A DNA stretch of 41,370 bases from a virus (lineage: Duplodnaviria; Caudoviricetes): positions 1 to 41,370 of IMG/VR virus record IMGVR_UViG_3300036856_000057. The stretch is one strand, 5' to 3'. The position numbers were made by a program, and so were the translations under genes. Shown piece by piece: positions 25,681 through 34,186 of the stretch (positions are counted from its first letter, which is position 1; each line of letters begins with the position of its first letter). Under the pieces are notes generated by a model. The model had not been told where the DNA came from. It worked only from the letters and a program-made list of their open reading frames with translations, and searched no databases.

Positions 25681-25910
25681 TGCACGGGGCCTTTCGCGGC
25701 CAGCGTCGGCGGCTCCACGTTTTCGCCGCGGAGGAAGCGTTGCAGCTTAACGTCGTTCGTCTCTTCCTCTTCGCCTTCTTTTTTCGGCGTCTCAAGGCTT
25801 TGGATCATGCTCACCAGCTCTTTCAATCCAACCAAACCAAACTGAATTAAATCCGGCGCATTTTCTGCGAGCTTCGCCTGTAGCGCACGCAGCGGGTTTC
25901 CATTGCTCAT
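25677..25910 (-). CDS. Hypothetical protein (start uncertain; frame open up to ATG 26426)
   Basis: ATGA-coupled to the portal; helical MSNGNPLRALQAKL... Confidence 0.5.
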   Translation of the reverse strand: MSNGNPLRALQAKLAENAPDLIQFGLVGLKELVSMIQSLETPKKEGEEEETNDVKLQRFLRGENVEPPTLAAKGPVQ

Positions 25911-26002
25911 CCCGCATTCCGTGCGAAAGGCCTTAAAAATGGCTTCGATTACCGGGCGGCCTTCCGTCGCGGCCTTCTGCCGCGCCTCTTCTTTTTGCTG
26001 CG

Positions 26003-26839
26003 CTACACTGACCTTTCCACTCGCTCGGCTGCTGCCGCTTCCTCCTGCGCTATCTCGTGATCCTTCCTCAGCAATTGGTTCTGCATCTCCGAGAGGTTCA
26101 CTTGCCGCGCATCCTGCGGACTCGTCCCCACTTGGAACGGAAACACCTTCTCCATCGCCGGCGTCTGCTTCGCCGCCGGCATCTCCACAATCCGGTTCGG
26201 CGGCTGGCTGCTCTCCAGCTCTGGCCGCGGCTGCCCGCCATCCGCGCCGGCCGCGGGGAATTGGCTCCGCTGCCAGCCCTCGACGATGTTTAACGCTTGG
26301 AGTCGCCTTGCTTCCTCTTCGCTCAATTCCGGCGGGGGTGGCGGCGGCTGGTACTGCATGGAGGGTGGCTGGAATTGATTTGCGCCTGGGTGTGGCGCCT
26401 GGGTCTGCTGATTTGGTTGAGCCCATGCCGTGGCCTCGGGGGATCGGATGATGCCGCTCTGTGCGCTGACAACAGACACTTCCAGTGCCGTGCCGTCGAG
26501 CGAAAGAGCAAAGCAGATGTTGTGGCGCTCATCGTCCGCGAGGTCCATATCCTCTTGCGTGAGTGTCACCTTGCCGTTCTCGCGCATAAGCATCACGAGC
26601 AACAGCGCAAAATTCATCTTGGGGATGTTCTGGATGTACATCTCGTCCAGTTTCATCGGCTGCGGCTCCGGGCGTGGACGCCGCGGCCGGTACTGGCGTG
26701 CTGGGGAATGAGGCTTTTCCTGCGGTTCGGACTCTGATATCAGAGTGCTATCACTTTGCAACAGAGAGTTTTGTTCTGGTTGGGGTGTGTCTGAAGTTCC
26801 ATTCGCCTGCTTACTACTTTTTTTCTTAGCCCCTGCCAC
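26003..26839 (-). CDS. Hypothetical protein
   Basis: 278 aa; overlaps the TerL stop; GGGAG RBS; globular core with a P/Q-rich tail. Confidence 0.6.
   Translation of the reverse strand: MAGAKKKSSKQANGTSDTPQPEQNSLLQSDSTLISESEPQEKPHSPARQYRPRRPRPEPQPMKLDEMYIQNIPKMNFALLLVMLMRENGKVTLTQEDMDLADDERHNICFALSLDGTALEVSVVSAQSGIIRSPEATAWAQPNQQTQAPHPGANQFQPPSMQYQPPPPPPELSEEEARRLQALNIVEGWQRSQFPAAGADGGQPRPELESSQPPNRIVEMPAAKQTPAMEKVFPFQVGTSPQDARQVNLSEMQNQLLRKDHEIAQEEAAAAERVERSV
26731..26755. promoter_or_regulatory. NTGATATC array A1 (inside CDS)
   Basis: CTGATATC-AGA-GTGCTATC. Confidence 0.55.
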
Positions 26840-28571
26840 TCTCTAGCTCCCTCGCACGAATCCGTTCTTCATAGGTGCGTAATTGCATGGTCACTATACC
26901 TGATTGGGTCACGAACGGAGACTTTTGGTGTGGAAACCGCGCGAGCCCGTCTTCAAAGCTGCCATCATCTTGAGTACCAGAGTAACTACTACAGGGTGTC
27001 GGATGCCACTGGTCCTTGGCGATCCATCCCACCAGGCCGGCGTACAGGATTTCATCGAAATTCGATATGGCCTCGAAGCGGAATCCCCCCTCCCATTGGG
27101 CGGCACTCATCTGGTCCGCAAACTCATGATCCGAAACGATTATCTCGCCACGGCGCAGGCAGGTTTGGAACGTCGTGAGCATGTTCGCGCGGCTGTAATC
27201 GTTGAGCGTGAATCCCAGGCTCTTACTGCTCTGTTCCATGTTTACCTTGTCGTTACGTCCTTTCCAGCGGTATTGGTTGTGGTAGCGCCAGCGGTCGCGT
27301 AGCTCCTGAAAAATTCTGGAGCTGTATCCGCCGCTGCCGTCCTCGCACGCCACCTTCGCCTGGCCGTAAAACTTTCCCAGCATGTACATCTGCCGGCTGG
27401 CGTCTTCGAGCTTCAGCACGGAGAGGTAGCGCGCCGCGAGCTTGCCCGTCTCGCCGTTCCACACTACGGCCGCGAGGGTGTCATCCCAGGCCGCGGGGTC
27501 GGGGTCCTGGCGGTCGCCGTGGCCCACCATCACGCCGACAAAGTAATGCACGGTCGGGTCCGGTTTTTCAAACACCGCGATGCGGCCCTTGCGATCATCG
27601 AGCGCGCGCACGCGCTTTTCTCCGTCCGTGCTCATCTCCAGCTCGATCAAACTGAAGGCCGCGAACGCGCGGCTCTGCTTTTTCGCGATGGTGAGGTCCT
27701 CGAAGTTGAAAACGGGATCACCGGAAACACTGAAAGCCTCTTCGGGATCGCTCGGGTAGTCGCGGCGCCACTTGTCCAGGTCGCTGCCGCATTTGCTGTG
27801 GAGTGTCTCGCGGAAAAACGCGATGCGCTCGCGCGGCAATTTGAGATCGCGCATCAGGTATTTTTCGTAATCGTCGCGCGGCGCATCTTTCACGCGCGAC
27901 GGCGGCCGCACATAGTCTGGATCTTCGTGCCAGGGGAGAAAGATGGGCAGAAATTCCGTGTCGCCGCGCACCGTCGCTTCCCACAGCTCGTAATACGCCT
28001 GGCCTGGTCCTTCCTTGCCGTTCGGCGTCGTCTCGATCACGCCCATGTTCTCCGGGTCATCGGAGAGGGTGGAGAGCACCGCGGGGAATACGTCCGGGTT
28101 CTGGTAGTACGCCGCTTCGGAGGCGTGCAGCATGGTGAAGCCCAGGCCGCGCGTGCCCACTACGTTGCCGGCGGTCTGGTACGTCACTTTGGAATGGATG
28201 TTCCAAAAGTTGATTTCCGCCTGGGTGTACTTCCATGCGTCTTTGCGCAGCGGGAGTTGCTTCACATCCTTGTGAAAGTCTTCGTACAGCGCGCGAGCCG
28301 TGGGCTTCTGCTGCGCCATAATCAGGCCTTCGGCATAGTCTTTCTCGATCACATGCGCGAGCATCAGGCGGCGCGTCCAGGTGGAGACGCCCAGCCGGCG
28401 GCCTTTCAGAAAGATGATGAAGAGGCGGCGCTTTTTCTTCACATGCGCGCGGCATTGGTCCATGATCCGGTGTTGCGATGGGTTGAGACGGAACGGCACC
28501 GGCCGGTTGGTCTGCCGGTTCTTCACTGTCAGCTTCTCGAAGAATTGCTCAGCTCTGTTGAGGTCGAGCAT
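26826..28571 (-). CDS. terL: Terminase large subunit
   Basis: LNPSQ adenine-binding motif; Walker A LKGRRLGVST; Walker B LHASEAAY; coupling motif ETTPNG; YPSDPEEAF linker; C-terminal RNase H-like domain. Confidence 0.92.
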   Translation of the reverse strand: MLDLNRAEQFFEKLTVKNRQTNRPVPFRLNPSQHRIMDQCRAHVKKKRRLFIIFLKGRRLGVSTWTRRLMLAHVIEKDYAEGLIMAQQKPTARALYEDFHKDVKQLPLRKDAWKYTQAEINFWNIHSKVTYQTAGNVVGTRGLGFTMLHASEAAYYQNPDVFPAVLSTLSDDPENMGVIETTPNGKEGPGQAYYELWEATVRGDTEFLPIFLPWHEDPDYVRPPSRVKDAPRDDYEKYLMRDLKLPRERIAFFRETLHSKCGSDLDKWRRDYPSDPEEAFSVSGDPVFNFEDLTIAKKQSRAFAAFSLIELEMSTDGEKRVRALDDRKGRIAVFEKPDPTVHYFVGVMVGHGDRQDPDPAAWDDTLAAVVWNGETGKLAARYLSVLKLEDASRQMYMLGKFYGQAKVACEDGSGGYSSRIFQELRDRWRYHNQYRWKGRNDKVNMEQSSKSLGFTLNDYSRANMLTTFQTCLRRGEIIVSDHEFADQMSAAQWEGGFRFEAISNFDEILYAGLVGWIAKDQWHPTPCSSYSGTQDDGSFEDGLARFPHQKSPFVTQSGIVTMQLRTYEERIRARELESGRG

Positions 28572-28827
28572 CGGGGGATGTCTCCTCTTCCTGCGGGTGG
28601 CCAGGGCATCCAGTCTTGAAACTAAAACCTTCGCAGGGCGGATTGGTGAGCGGTAAAACCTCGCGCCCTTGCGCTAGTTCGTCCATGAGCGCGTTGCGAA
28701 ATTCCGACACGGTTCTATATCGGGTGCCGTCATGCTTCGTGATGCTTTTGAGGTTCCGCCTCGTCTCGCGCGCGCTCCAGTGAAGCATTCCCCGCACCGA
28801 CACGCACAAATGGGTGTGTGTGGTCAT
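28549..28827 (-). CDS. Hypothetical protein
   Basis: MTTHTHLCVSVRGML...CEGFSFKTGCPGH; ATGA coupling. Confidence 0.6.
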   Translation of the reverse strand: MTTHTHLCVSVRGMLHWSARETRRNLKSITKHDGTRYRTVSEFRNALMDELAQGREVLPLTNPPCEGFSFKTGCPGHPQEEETSPDARPQQS

Positions 28828-29117
28828 ACGTTCTGCTCCTGCGGCCACGGCTGCCCTTTGTGGATCGGACACACATCCTTGGTGTCATTCAGCTTCGTGA
28901 ATCCGTTCCCCATCTTGGTGTGCTGCCCGCCTAGATTCGTCGCGCAGCTATCGCACATGCTTGCGTCGCAGGTTTTCCCGTGGCCGATGGGATAGTCGCA
29001 CTCTTTGGTGACGCGGCCTTTTTTACAGAATGGGCACGGCTTCCTGCGGCCGCCGCCGCGGCCGATGTTGAGATGAACCACTGTGCCGTCTGGACCCTTC
29101 CACCACTCGCAGCCCAT
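28824..29117 (-). CDS. Cys-rich Zn-finger hypothetical protein
   Basis: CPFC, CDY, CDASMCDSC, CPIH. Confidence 0.65.
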   Translation of the reverse strand: MGCEWWKGPDGTVVHLNIGRGGGRRKPCPFCKKGRVTKECDYPIGHGKTCDASMCDSCATNLGGQHTKMGNGFTKLNDTKDVCPIHKGQPWPQEQNV

Positions 29118-29488
29118 CAGTGCCGCCCGCGCGGTTTGCCTTGCTCCCGCCGGAGCGCGCGCACGCAGCCTGGATTGGTGCAGACGTTCTCAGTCAGCCA
29201 GGCGCAGGGCTCGCCGCTCGGCAGCTCGCAGGCGGAGGCCTCCATGCAGCGGCAGAAACGACACAGGCCGGCGGGATCTGCTTTGCCGGTAAGCACCAGG
29301 TGGAGACGGCGCAACAGCTCATTGTTCTGCTCAATGGCTGCGCGGGTTTCCTTGCTCGCGGTCGCGAGATCGTTGTCGTTGGTGCCGCACTCTATGACGT
29401 TGCGCGTGTCGCGAATAATGAAGTACACCGCATCTTCGAGCGCGCTTGTCAGCGCGTTGATGCGCCGGCCTCCGAGTGTCTTTGTCAT
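29117..29488 (-). CDS. Hypothetical protein with C-terminal Cys cluster
   Basis: GGAGG RBS; CRFCRCMEASAC...CAW...CTNPGC. Confidence 0.6.
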   Translation of the reverse strand: MTKTLGGRRINALTSALEDAVYFIIRDTRNVIECGTNDNDLATASKETRAAIEQNNELLRRLHLVLTGKADPAGLCRFCRCMEASACELPSGEPCAWLTENVCTNPGCVRALRREQGKPRGRH

Positions 29489-29511
29489 CGGTCCTCCGCG
29501 AATAGACGGCA

Positions 29512-29784
29512 TCAGTTCCCTCGCCGCTTGTGCCGCCAGTGGTTGGCAAGTTCGCAGCGGGCACGCGCCGCGAGTGTGGCGCGTGCGTGGTCCTGCATAT
29601 AGGGGTTGTCCAGGCGGTAGTTGTGGACGGTGCGCTGTGGAAAGCCCATCGCCTCGGCCGCAGCGAAACATGCCAGCGTTCGGGCCATCACTTCATCGTG
29701 CGTGAGTCCGCAGCGCCGGCGCAGCTCATCCCATTCATCGCCCACGTATCGGGCTCGCACCGCTCGCACCATGCGGTCACTCAT
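29512..29784 (-). CDS. Hypothetical protein
   Basis: 90 aa, coupled to the upstream gene. Confidence 0.5.
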   Translation of the reverse strand: MSDRMVRAVRARYVGDEWDELRRRCGLTHDEVMARTLACFAAAEAMGFPQRTVHNYRLDNPYMQDHARATLAARARCELANHWRHKRRGN

Positions 29785-30083
29785 AGGTTCTGCCGCTCCA
29801 CGCGCAAGCGGTGGCGCAATAGCTCTTTGGGGAAGATGACGTGCAATTCAAAGCAGAGCTGCTGAATCCAGTAACAGCACTCGGCGAGCGGCTCCGCATG
29901 ATCGCGCTCGAAGTCGGCGCCCGCGATTTCGGTGAACTGCTGCACCAGCTTGGCCAGCTTCATTGCCGATACTTCCCGGTTGCGGCGGAGCCGGAGCGCC
30001 TCCTGGCGCCATGCATCCGGTTCCACGCCCGCCGGCGCCGGCGTCGTCACGCGCCGGCGCGCGATCTCCGCGGCGGTGGTCAT
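29781..30083 (-). CDS. Hypothetical protein
   Basis: MTTAAEIARRR..., ATGA coupling. Confidence 0.55.
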   Translation of the reverse strand: MTTAAEIARRRVTTPAPAGVEPDAWRQEALRLRRNREVSAMKLAKLVQQFTEIAGADFERDHAEPLAECCYWIQQLCFELHVIFPKELLRHRLRVERQNL

Positions 30084-30640
30084 TGCATCCCTGAATAGTT
30101 GGGGTTGCGCGCGTCGGTGATGGGAGCCTCGCGCGGCTTGGTGCCCGGTAGATTCAGCGCGACCGCACAGCCTGGCGAGCACGCGAAACGGTTGTAGAGC
30201 CGGCCGGTCGCGGGGTCTTTCTGCGGGACGCGCAAGTACCAGGGACTATTCCGGTCAAACCGTTTGCCGCCCGGAATGGGGCAGTCCGGGTTGGAGCATT
30301 TCTCCTGCTGGTCCGCTTGAAAGCGGGTGTCCAGCGTCTTGCCGGCCATCTCGAAAATCTTACGAATCTGCGCGTAGGTTTCGGTGGCCTCGTCCATATC
30401 CGCGGCCTTGAAATACTGCTCGGCCTCGGCATAGCCGTGCTCCGTGGTGGCCCAGCGGTGCAGCGCCATGCCGCGCGCGTTCTCGCTGCGATCTTCGGCC
30501 GTTGTGCCGGCCCAGCGTTTGCGCGCCCGCTCGGACTGCGCGCTGCGCTCCTTGGTGCTCATGGCCTTTTTCACGGGCTTTTTCGCGCTCCGCGCCTGCC
30601 TATCGGAAACTGGTGATGTGGCCTTGCTCGTTACGGTCAA
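30080..30640 (-). CDS. Hypothetical protein: basic N-terminus, CxxxxC...FACSPGC Zn motif
   Basis: ARKRW/ALHRW repeats; TRASH-like Cys pattern. Confidence 0.6.
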   Translation of the reverse strand: MTVTSKATSPVSDRQARSAKKPVKKAMSTKERSAQSERARKRWAGTTAEDRSENARGMALHRWATTEHGYAEAEQYFKAADMDEATETYAQIRKIFEMAGKTLDTRFQADQQEKCSNPDCPIPGGKRFDRNSPWYLRVPQKDPATGRLYNRFACSPGCAVALNLPGTKPREAPITDARNPNYSGMQ

Positions 30641-30869
30641 TGTGATCCGCCTTTCGGGTGTTTTTGTAGATTTTTCGGCCGCCGTGCGACGCAGCCACTA
30701 CGTGCAATTGCGGTTGTTGGTGGATCTCCGTACACACTCGACACCCAAAAACAAAAAAGCCGTTCTGCTCTTGCAGAAAAAACATCGTGTCGCGGCTCAT
30801 GTGCGCTGGGTGGTCTGGACTGCCACAGTGCAGCCGTCCCCCAGGTGCCATTTCGCTCATCCGCGCCAT
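30600..30869 (-). CDS. Hypothetical Zn-ribbon protein
   Basis: GGAGG RBS; HCGSPDH...CRVC. Confidence 0.55.
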   Translation of the reverse strand: MARMSEMAPGGRLHCGSPDHPAHMSRDTMFFLQEQNGFFVFGCRVCTEIHQQPQLHVVAASHGGRKIYKNTRKADHIDRNEQGHITSFR

Positions 30870-30888
30870 GCCAAAACCTCCACTAACT

Positions 30889-30918
30889 CCGATATCAGAG
30901 TGATATCACTGTGCTACC
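30889..30918. promoter_or_regulatory. NTGATATC array A2
   Basis: CCGATATC-AGA-GTGATATC-ACT-GTGCTACC, largely intergenic. Confidence 0.65.
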
Positions 30919-31348
30919 TAAGAAGTCCCTTGCGGTTCATCCCGGTGTCCATGCTGTCGGCCTCTTCCGGCAGCATTCCCGGCGCTTTCAGCGTGGCCAG
31001 CACTTGGTTGCTGGTGACCGGCTTGGGTGTGCCGCCGGCCCAGATGTGTTTGGCCTGGTGCCATAGCCACCAGGGGGTGAAAAACAGGCGCGCGCTATGT
31101 CCGCCGGCGCAGCTCTCGAACATGCTGAGCGCGATGGGCGTAGGCTCGTCGTCTTTTTTGGTGAATAGCCCGATGAGCCAGTCATTCGCGGAGAGCACCG
31201 GCACCAGGCGCCAGCCCAGCGTGGCGGCGATGCGCGTCTTGAGCCACATCGGCGTCCGCGCCATCATCTTGGGCGTGAATGACCGGTACATCACGCGATA
31301 GAGCGCCTCTCTGCGATAGAGCCAGATGGTCATGCGTTCGCTAGGCAT
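30914..31348 (-). CDS. Hypothetical protein
   Basis: 144 aa ORF filling the gap; start uncertain. Confidence 0.5.
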   Translation of the reverse strand: MPSERMTIWLYRREALYRVMYRSFTPKMMARTPMWLKTRIAATLGWRLVPVLSANDWLIGLFTKKDDEPTPIALSMFESCAGGHSARLFFTPWWLWHQAKHIWAGGTPKPVTSNQVLATLKAPGMLPEEADSMDTGMNRKGLLR

Positions 31349-31881
31349 AACTGAGTAGCTCGCTTTCCGGCCAGCGGTCGCGCCTCGCCAGGCTTTAAGA
31401 GTGTTCCTGCTATGCCGCTTTTTATGAGTGTTTCAGTGTTCGCGCGGTCATAGGAGATCAGCACAGAGGGAGCGCCGGCGTTGCGCGGTGCTTGCGTTCC
31501 ATCGGGGAAATAGAAACTGAGACGGCCGCTCAGAAAGAGAATTGAATCTGCGTATGGCCACACCCAGGAATGCCAGGCGTCGGTTTCTGTACGCGCAAAT
31601 ATTAGTGCGATTGCGTTCCGATGCAGCGCGCATTTCTCCAGCCAGAGTGAAAGGTCGGCGTCGTAAGGCGGGTTACAGAAGACTCTGCCGCGCCAGGCGG
31701 CAGCCAGGCCATTTGCCGGCGGCGCGATCATGCTCGTTGCGGTCGGCCACGGCCGCGGATCCGCAACGGCGCACGGGTCCAAGTCGAACGCACCCAGGCA
31801 GCGCAGCAAAGCTGGCGGAGTCAGCCAGATTTTGTGCTTCCCTTCGTTCGGCAGATGGTGCCCGCCCATCCCTTGGCTCAC
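31330..31881 (-). CDS. Phage DNA N6-adenine methyltransferase (Dam-like)
   Basis: WLTPP...FDLDPCA...VFCNPPY...ARTET signature; GTGA coupling. Confidence 0.9.
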   Translation of the reverse strand: MSQGMGGHHLPNEGKHKIWLTPPALLRCLGAFDLDPCAVADPRPWPTATSMIAPPANGLAAAWRGRVFCNPPYDADLSLWLEKCALHRNAIALIFARTETDAWHSWVWPYADSILFLSGRLSFYFPDGTQAPRNAGAPSVLISYDRANTETLIKSGIAGTLLKPGEARPLAGKRATQLCLANA

Positions 31882-32321
31882 CGCGTCACCCCTCTCCCGT
31901 TGCACACTACGCAAGCGCCGCGCGTGGTCTGCCCGGTCCCGGCGCACCGGGTGCATGTGCCTGGCGCGCTCCGCGGCGCTGTGGCGCTATTCCTCGCCGC
32001 CGGGAGCTGGTCCGCTTGCAGAGCCGGTTGCTGCGGTGCCTGGCCGTTCGCTGGCACCATCGCCGGCTGCATCAGGCTGGGATGGACTACCCCGTTCGAG
32101 GGAGAGGCCAGAATCGTCCGTGACGGCGAGTCCACCACTACCATCATTCGCCCGATCTTCTCCACGAGTGCCTGTGCCAGTGGCAATTCCGCTTCCGTCG
32201 CCACGCGGATGATCTGCGGGGGATTCCCGAACACTGTCAGAATCGGGGACTGGTCGCCGTACTGCGTTCGCGCCCGTTTGCCGTTCGTACTCGCCTGCGA
32301 CCCGCGCGTGATACTCGCCAT
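31878..32321 (-). CDS. Hypothetical protein with DnaJ-type CxxCxGxG zinc finger
   Basis: CTRCAGTG and CVVCNGRG; GAAGG RBS before ATG 32321. Confidence 0.6.
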   Translation of the reverse strand: MASITRGSQASTNGKRARTQYGDQSPILTVFGNPPQIIRVATEAELPLAQALVEKIGRMMVVVDSPSRTILASPSNGVVHPSLMQPAMVPANGQAPQQPALQADQLPAARNSATAPRSAPGTCTRCAGTGQTTRGACVVCNGRGVTR

Positions 32322-32733
32322 AGTCTTCGCCTTCTCTGATCTCGGGGTGGGGTGACTCGCGGTAGATGCCCGGCGCCATGAACTGCCGCGCCTCGCTAAG
32401 AAGCTCGTCCAGGCCGGCCTCGTCCGCAGGCACCGTTCCAAGCGATTCCGCGTAGCTCGGTTTGAAACCGCGCTCGGACGGCGGCACCAGGCTTTCATCG
32501 CGAATCTTGCCGGTCTGGAACGGTCCACCCAGCGCCGTCACTTTCGGCTTGCCGTCTTTGTCCAGCAGGGGCTTGCCTTCGGCGTCGGTGTGCTCGATGG
32601 TCGAGGCGGTGGGGCACTCGTTCTCCTCGATCCACTTGGCGCGCGCCTCGCGCAGCCGCTTGCGCTGCTGCATAAAACTCTCGGCGGCATAGGTCTGACT
32701 GAGATTTGCGAGGTCGTCAAAAGGGCCGGGCAT
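31987..32733 (-). CDS. Hypothetical acidic protein
   Basis: MPGPFDDLANL...; downstream of a promoter-like TGgTATAAC and array A3. Confidence 0.6.
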   Translation of the reverse strand: MPGPFDDLANLSQTYAAESFMQQRKRLREARAKWIEENECPTASTIEHTDAEGKPLLDKDGKPKVTALGGPFQTGKIRDESLVPPSERGFKPSYAESLGTVPADEAGLDELLSEARQFMAPGIYRESPHPEIREGEDYGEYHARVAGEYERQTGANAVRRPVPDSDSVRESPADHPRGDGSGIATGTGTRGEDRANDGSGGLAVTDDSGLSLERGSPSQPDAAGDGASERPGTAATGSASGPAPGGEE

Positions 32734-32742
32734 GGGGGAACC

Positions 32743-32783
32743 GTGACATAACTCTGATATCACTTCGGTGCGATTGTTATACC
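32743..32783 (-). promoter_or_regulatory. Extended -10 (TGGTATAAC) with NTGATATC array A3 just downstream
   Basis: Plus strand GTGACATA-ACT-CTGATATC at 32743-32761; minus-strand TGGTATAAC ending at about 32776. Confidence 0.55.
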
Positions 32784-32795
32784 ACTCAGGCGCGG

Positions 32796-33140
32796 TTACG
32801 CAGAGTGTTTGCCCAAATCTTTCAGGTTGACGGTGTGTTCCTTGCCGTCCACTTCTGGCCGCCACTGCCGCTTTTCTTCCAGGTAGCCCATGAGCGCAAA
32901 CGGATTGTTGCCTGACTTCCGCGCGATCTCGTAAAACTCCGCGCTGTCTTCCAGGTAGGAAATCAGGATGCTGGTGTTCGCTGGGTAGTGTGGTGCCGGC
33001 AACGTGCCGCCGCCGGCGATGGATTCGAGGGTGACAGGATCGCCTTCGCGCATCCTGGCCAGGTTGTCTTTTTCGAGCACAATCGCGATCACACTCCGCT
33101 GTTGCGCATGGATGTTAAGGGCGAGCAGGATCATATCCAA
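32796..33140 (-). CDS. Hypothetical protein
   Basis: 114 aa, coupled to the upstream gene. Confidence 0.6.
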   Translation of the reverse strand: MDMILLALNIHAQQRSVIAIVLEKDNLARMREGDPVTLESIAGGGTLPAPHYPANTSILISYLEDSAEFYEIARKSGNNPFALMGYLEEKRQWRPEVDGKEHTVNLKDLGKHSA

Positions 33141-33346
33141 ACCTCTCGAATCGCGGGATCGTCTTCACGCATCCGGCCGATGTTGGCCGCGCCGGCGGGG
33201 ATCACCGCGCGGGCTTGGTGAAGTTGCTCACACACGCGCAGCGGCGTGCGTTCCGGTACAGCGTCCAGCCATCGCCGGACCACAAATTTGCCGGGGAAAT
33301 CCCGCGGATTTTCGTACACAACAAACAGAGTGATAGGCCAGTCCAT
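33131..33346 (-). CDS. Small hypothetical phage protein
   Basis: MDWPITLFVVYENPRDFPGKFVVRRW...DDPAIREVWI. Confidence 0.65.
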   Translation of the reverse strand: MDWPITLFVVYENPRDFPGKFVVRRWLDAVPERTPLRVCEQLHQARAVIPAGAANIGRMREDDPAIREVWI

Positions 33347-33348
33347 GG

Positions 33349-33747
33349 TCACAGGATAAATATCTCCACCACGGTCCGCGGATTCGCGCGGTCGCGCGCC
33401 ACGTCGATATGCCACTTGGTCACGGCCGCATCGGAGTGGATCACGCCCGCTTCCACCAGGCCGTCCGCGAGGCACTTCCAAAAGTTGTCACCGTCGCCGC
33501 GCTGGTTGTGTCCCAGGTAGACCGTCGCCTGAAGCATGTACTTGGTTTTGCGGCGCTCGCTCTCTTTCGCCGGCGCCAGGGTTTCGCCGTGGGCAAAGAT
33601 GGCCACGGCCGCCTTGTACGCCTTGGCCTCGGCGGTGAGCACTTGCCCTTTTACCGGGGGCTGGCCGCGGCGCCGGATAATCGCCGGCTTCTTGTAGTGG
33701 TTCACCGTGGGCGGCACGAGCGGGATCTCGATGCGCAGGCTGGTCAT
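33349..33747 (-). CDS. rusA: RusA-family Holliday junction resolvase
   Basis: PPTVNHY, RGDGDNFWKCLADGL, IHSDAAV motifs. Confidence 0.88.
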   Translation of the reverse strand: MTSLRIEIPLVPPTVNHYKKPAIIRRRGQPPVKGQVLTAEAKAYKAAVAIFAHGETLAPAKESERRKTKYMLQATVYLGHNQRGDGDNFWKCLADGLVEAGVIHSDAAVTKWHIDVARDRANPRTVVEIFIL

Positions 33748-33959
33748 GCTCCGTCCACTGGTCCCCACTGATAGCTCTCATCCATCTTGCGGCCGCCGGC
33801 CTGCTCCAGCGCAAAGTTGAGCGTGCGTATCCGCTCCTGAAAGCGGGCGCGACCTATGCAACCGTAGGGGCAACTGTGATCCGCGCGGTGCTTTTCGTAC
33901 TCGTCGCGCGTGTGGCGCAGCTCGGCGTGGAGGGTCCGGCGCAGATGTTCCAGCGTCAT
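33744..33959 (-). CDS. Hypothetical protein
   Basis: 71 aa, ATGA coupling. Confidence 0.55.
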   Translation of the reverse strand: MTLEHLRRTLHAELRHTRDEYEKHRADHSCPYGCIGRARFQERIRTLNFALEQAGGRKMDESYQWGPVDGA

Positions 33960-34186
33960 TGCTTCTCCAGTGGGTCGCCTTTATTGAAATCCGGCCGGCG
34001 CGCCTTGGACCGCTGAATCGCGGCGATAGCGTCGTCGAGATCGTCATCGCCGATGACTACATCGGCATCGCCATGGCCAGGGTTTCGGACTACAACGGTG
34101 ATCTTCGCGCCTGGCTTGAACATGCGCAGGATGGCGTCCATGTGATCGCTCATGCGTTCACGTAAGAGAATGAGTTTATCGGTCAT
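33956..34186 (-). CDS. Hypothetical protein
   Basis: 76 aa; FKPGAKITVVVRNPG...DDDLDDAI. Confidence 0.6.
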   Translation of the reverse strand: MTDKLILLRERMSDHMDAILRMFKPGAKITVVVRNPGHGDADVVIGDDDLDDAIAAIQRSKARRPDFNKGDPLEKQ

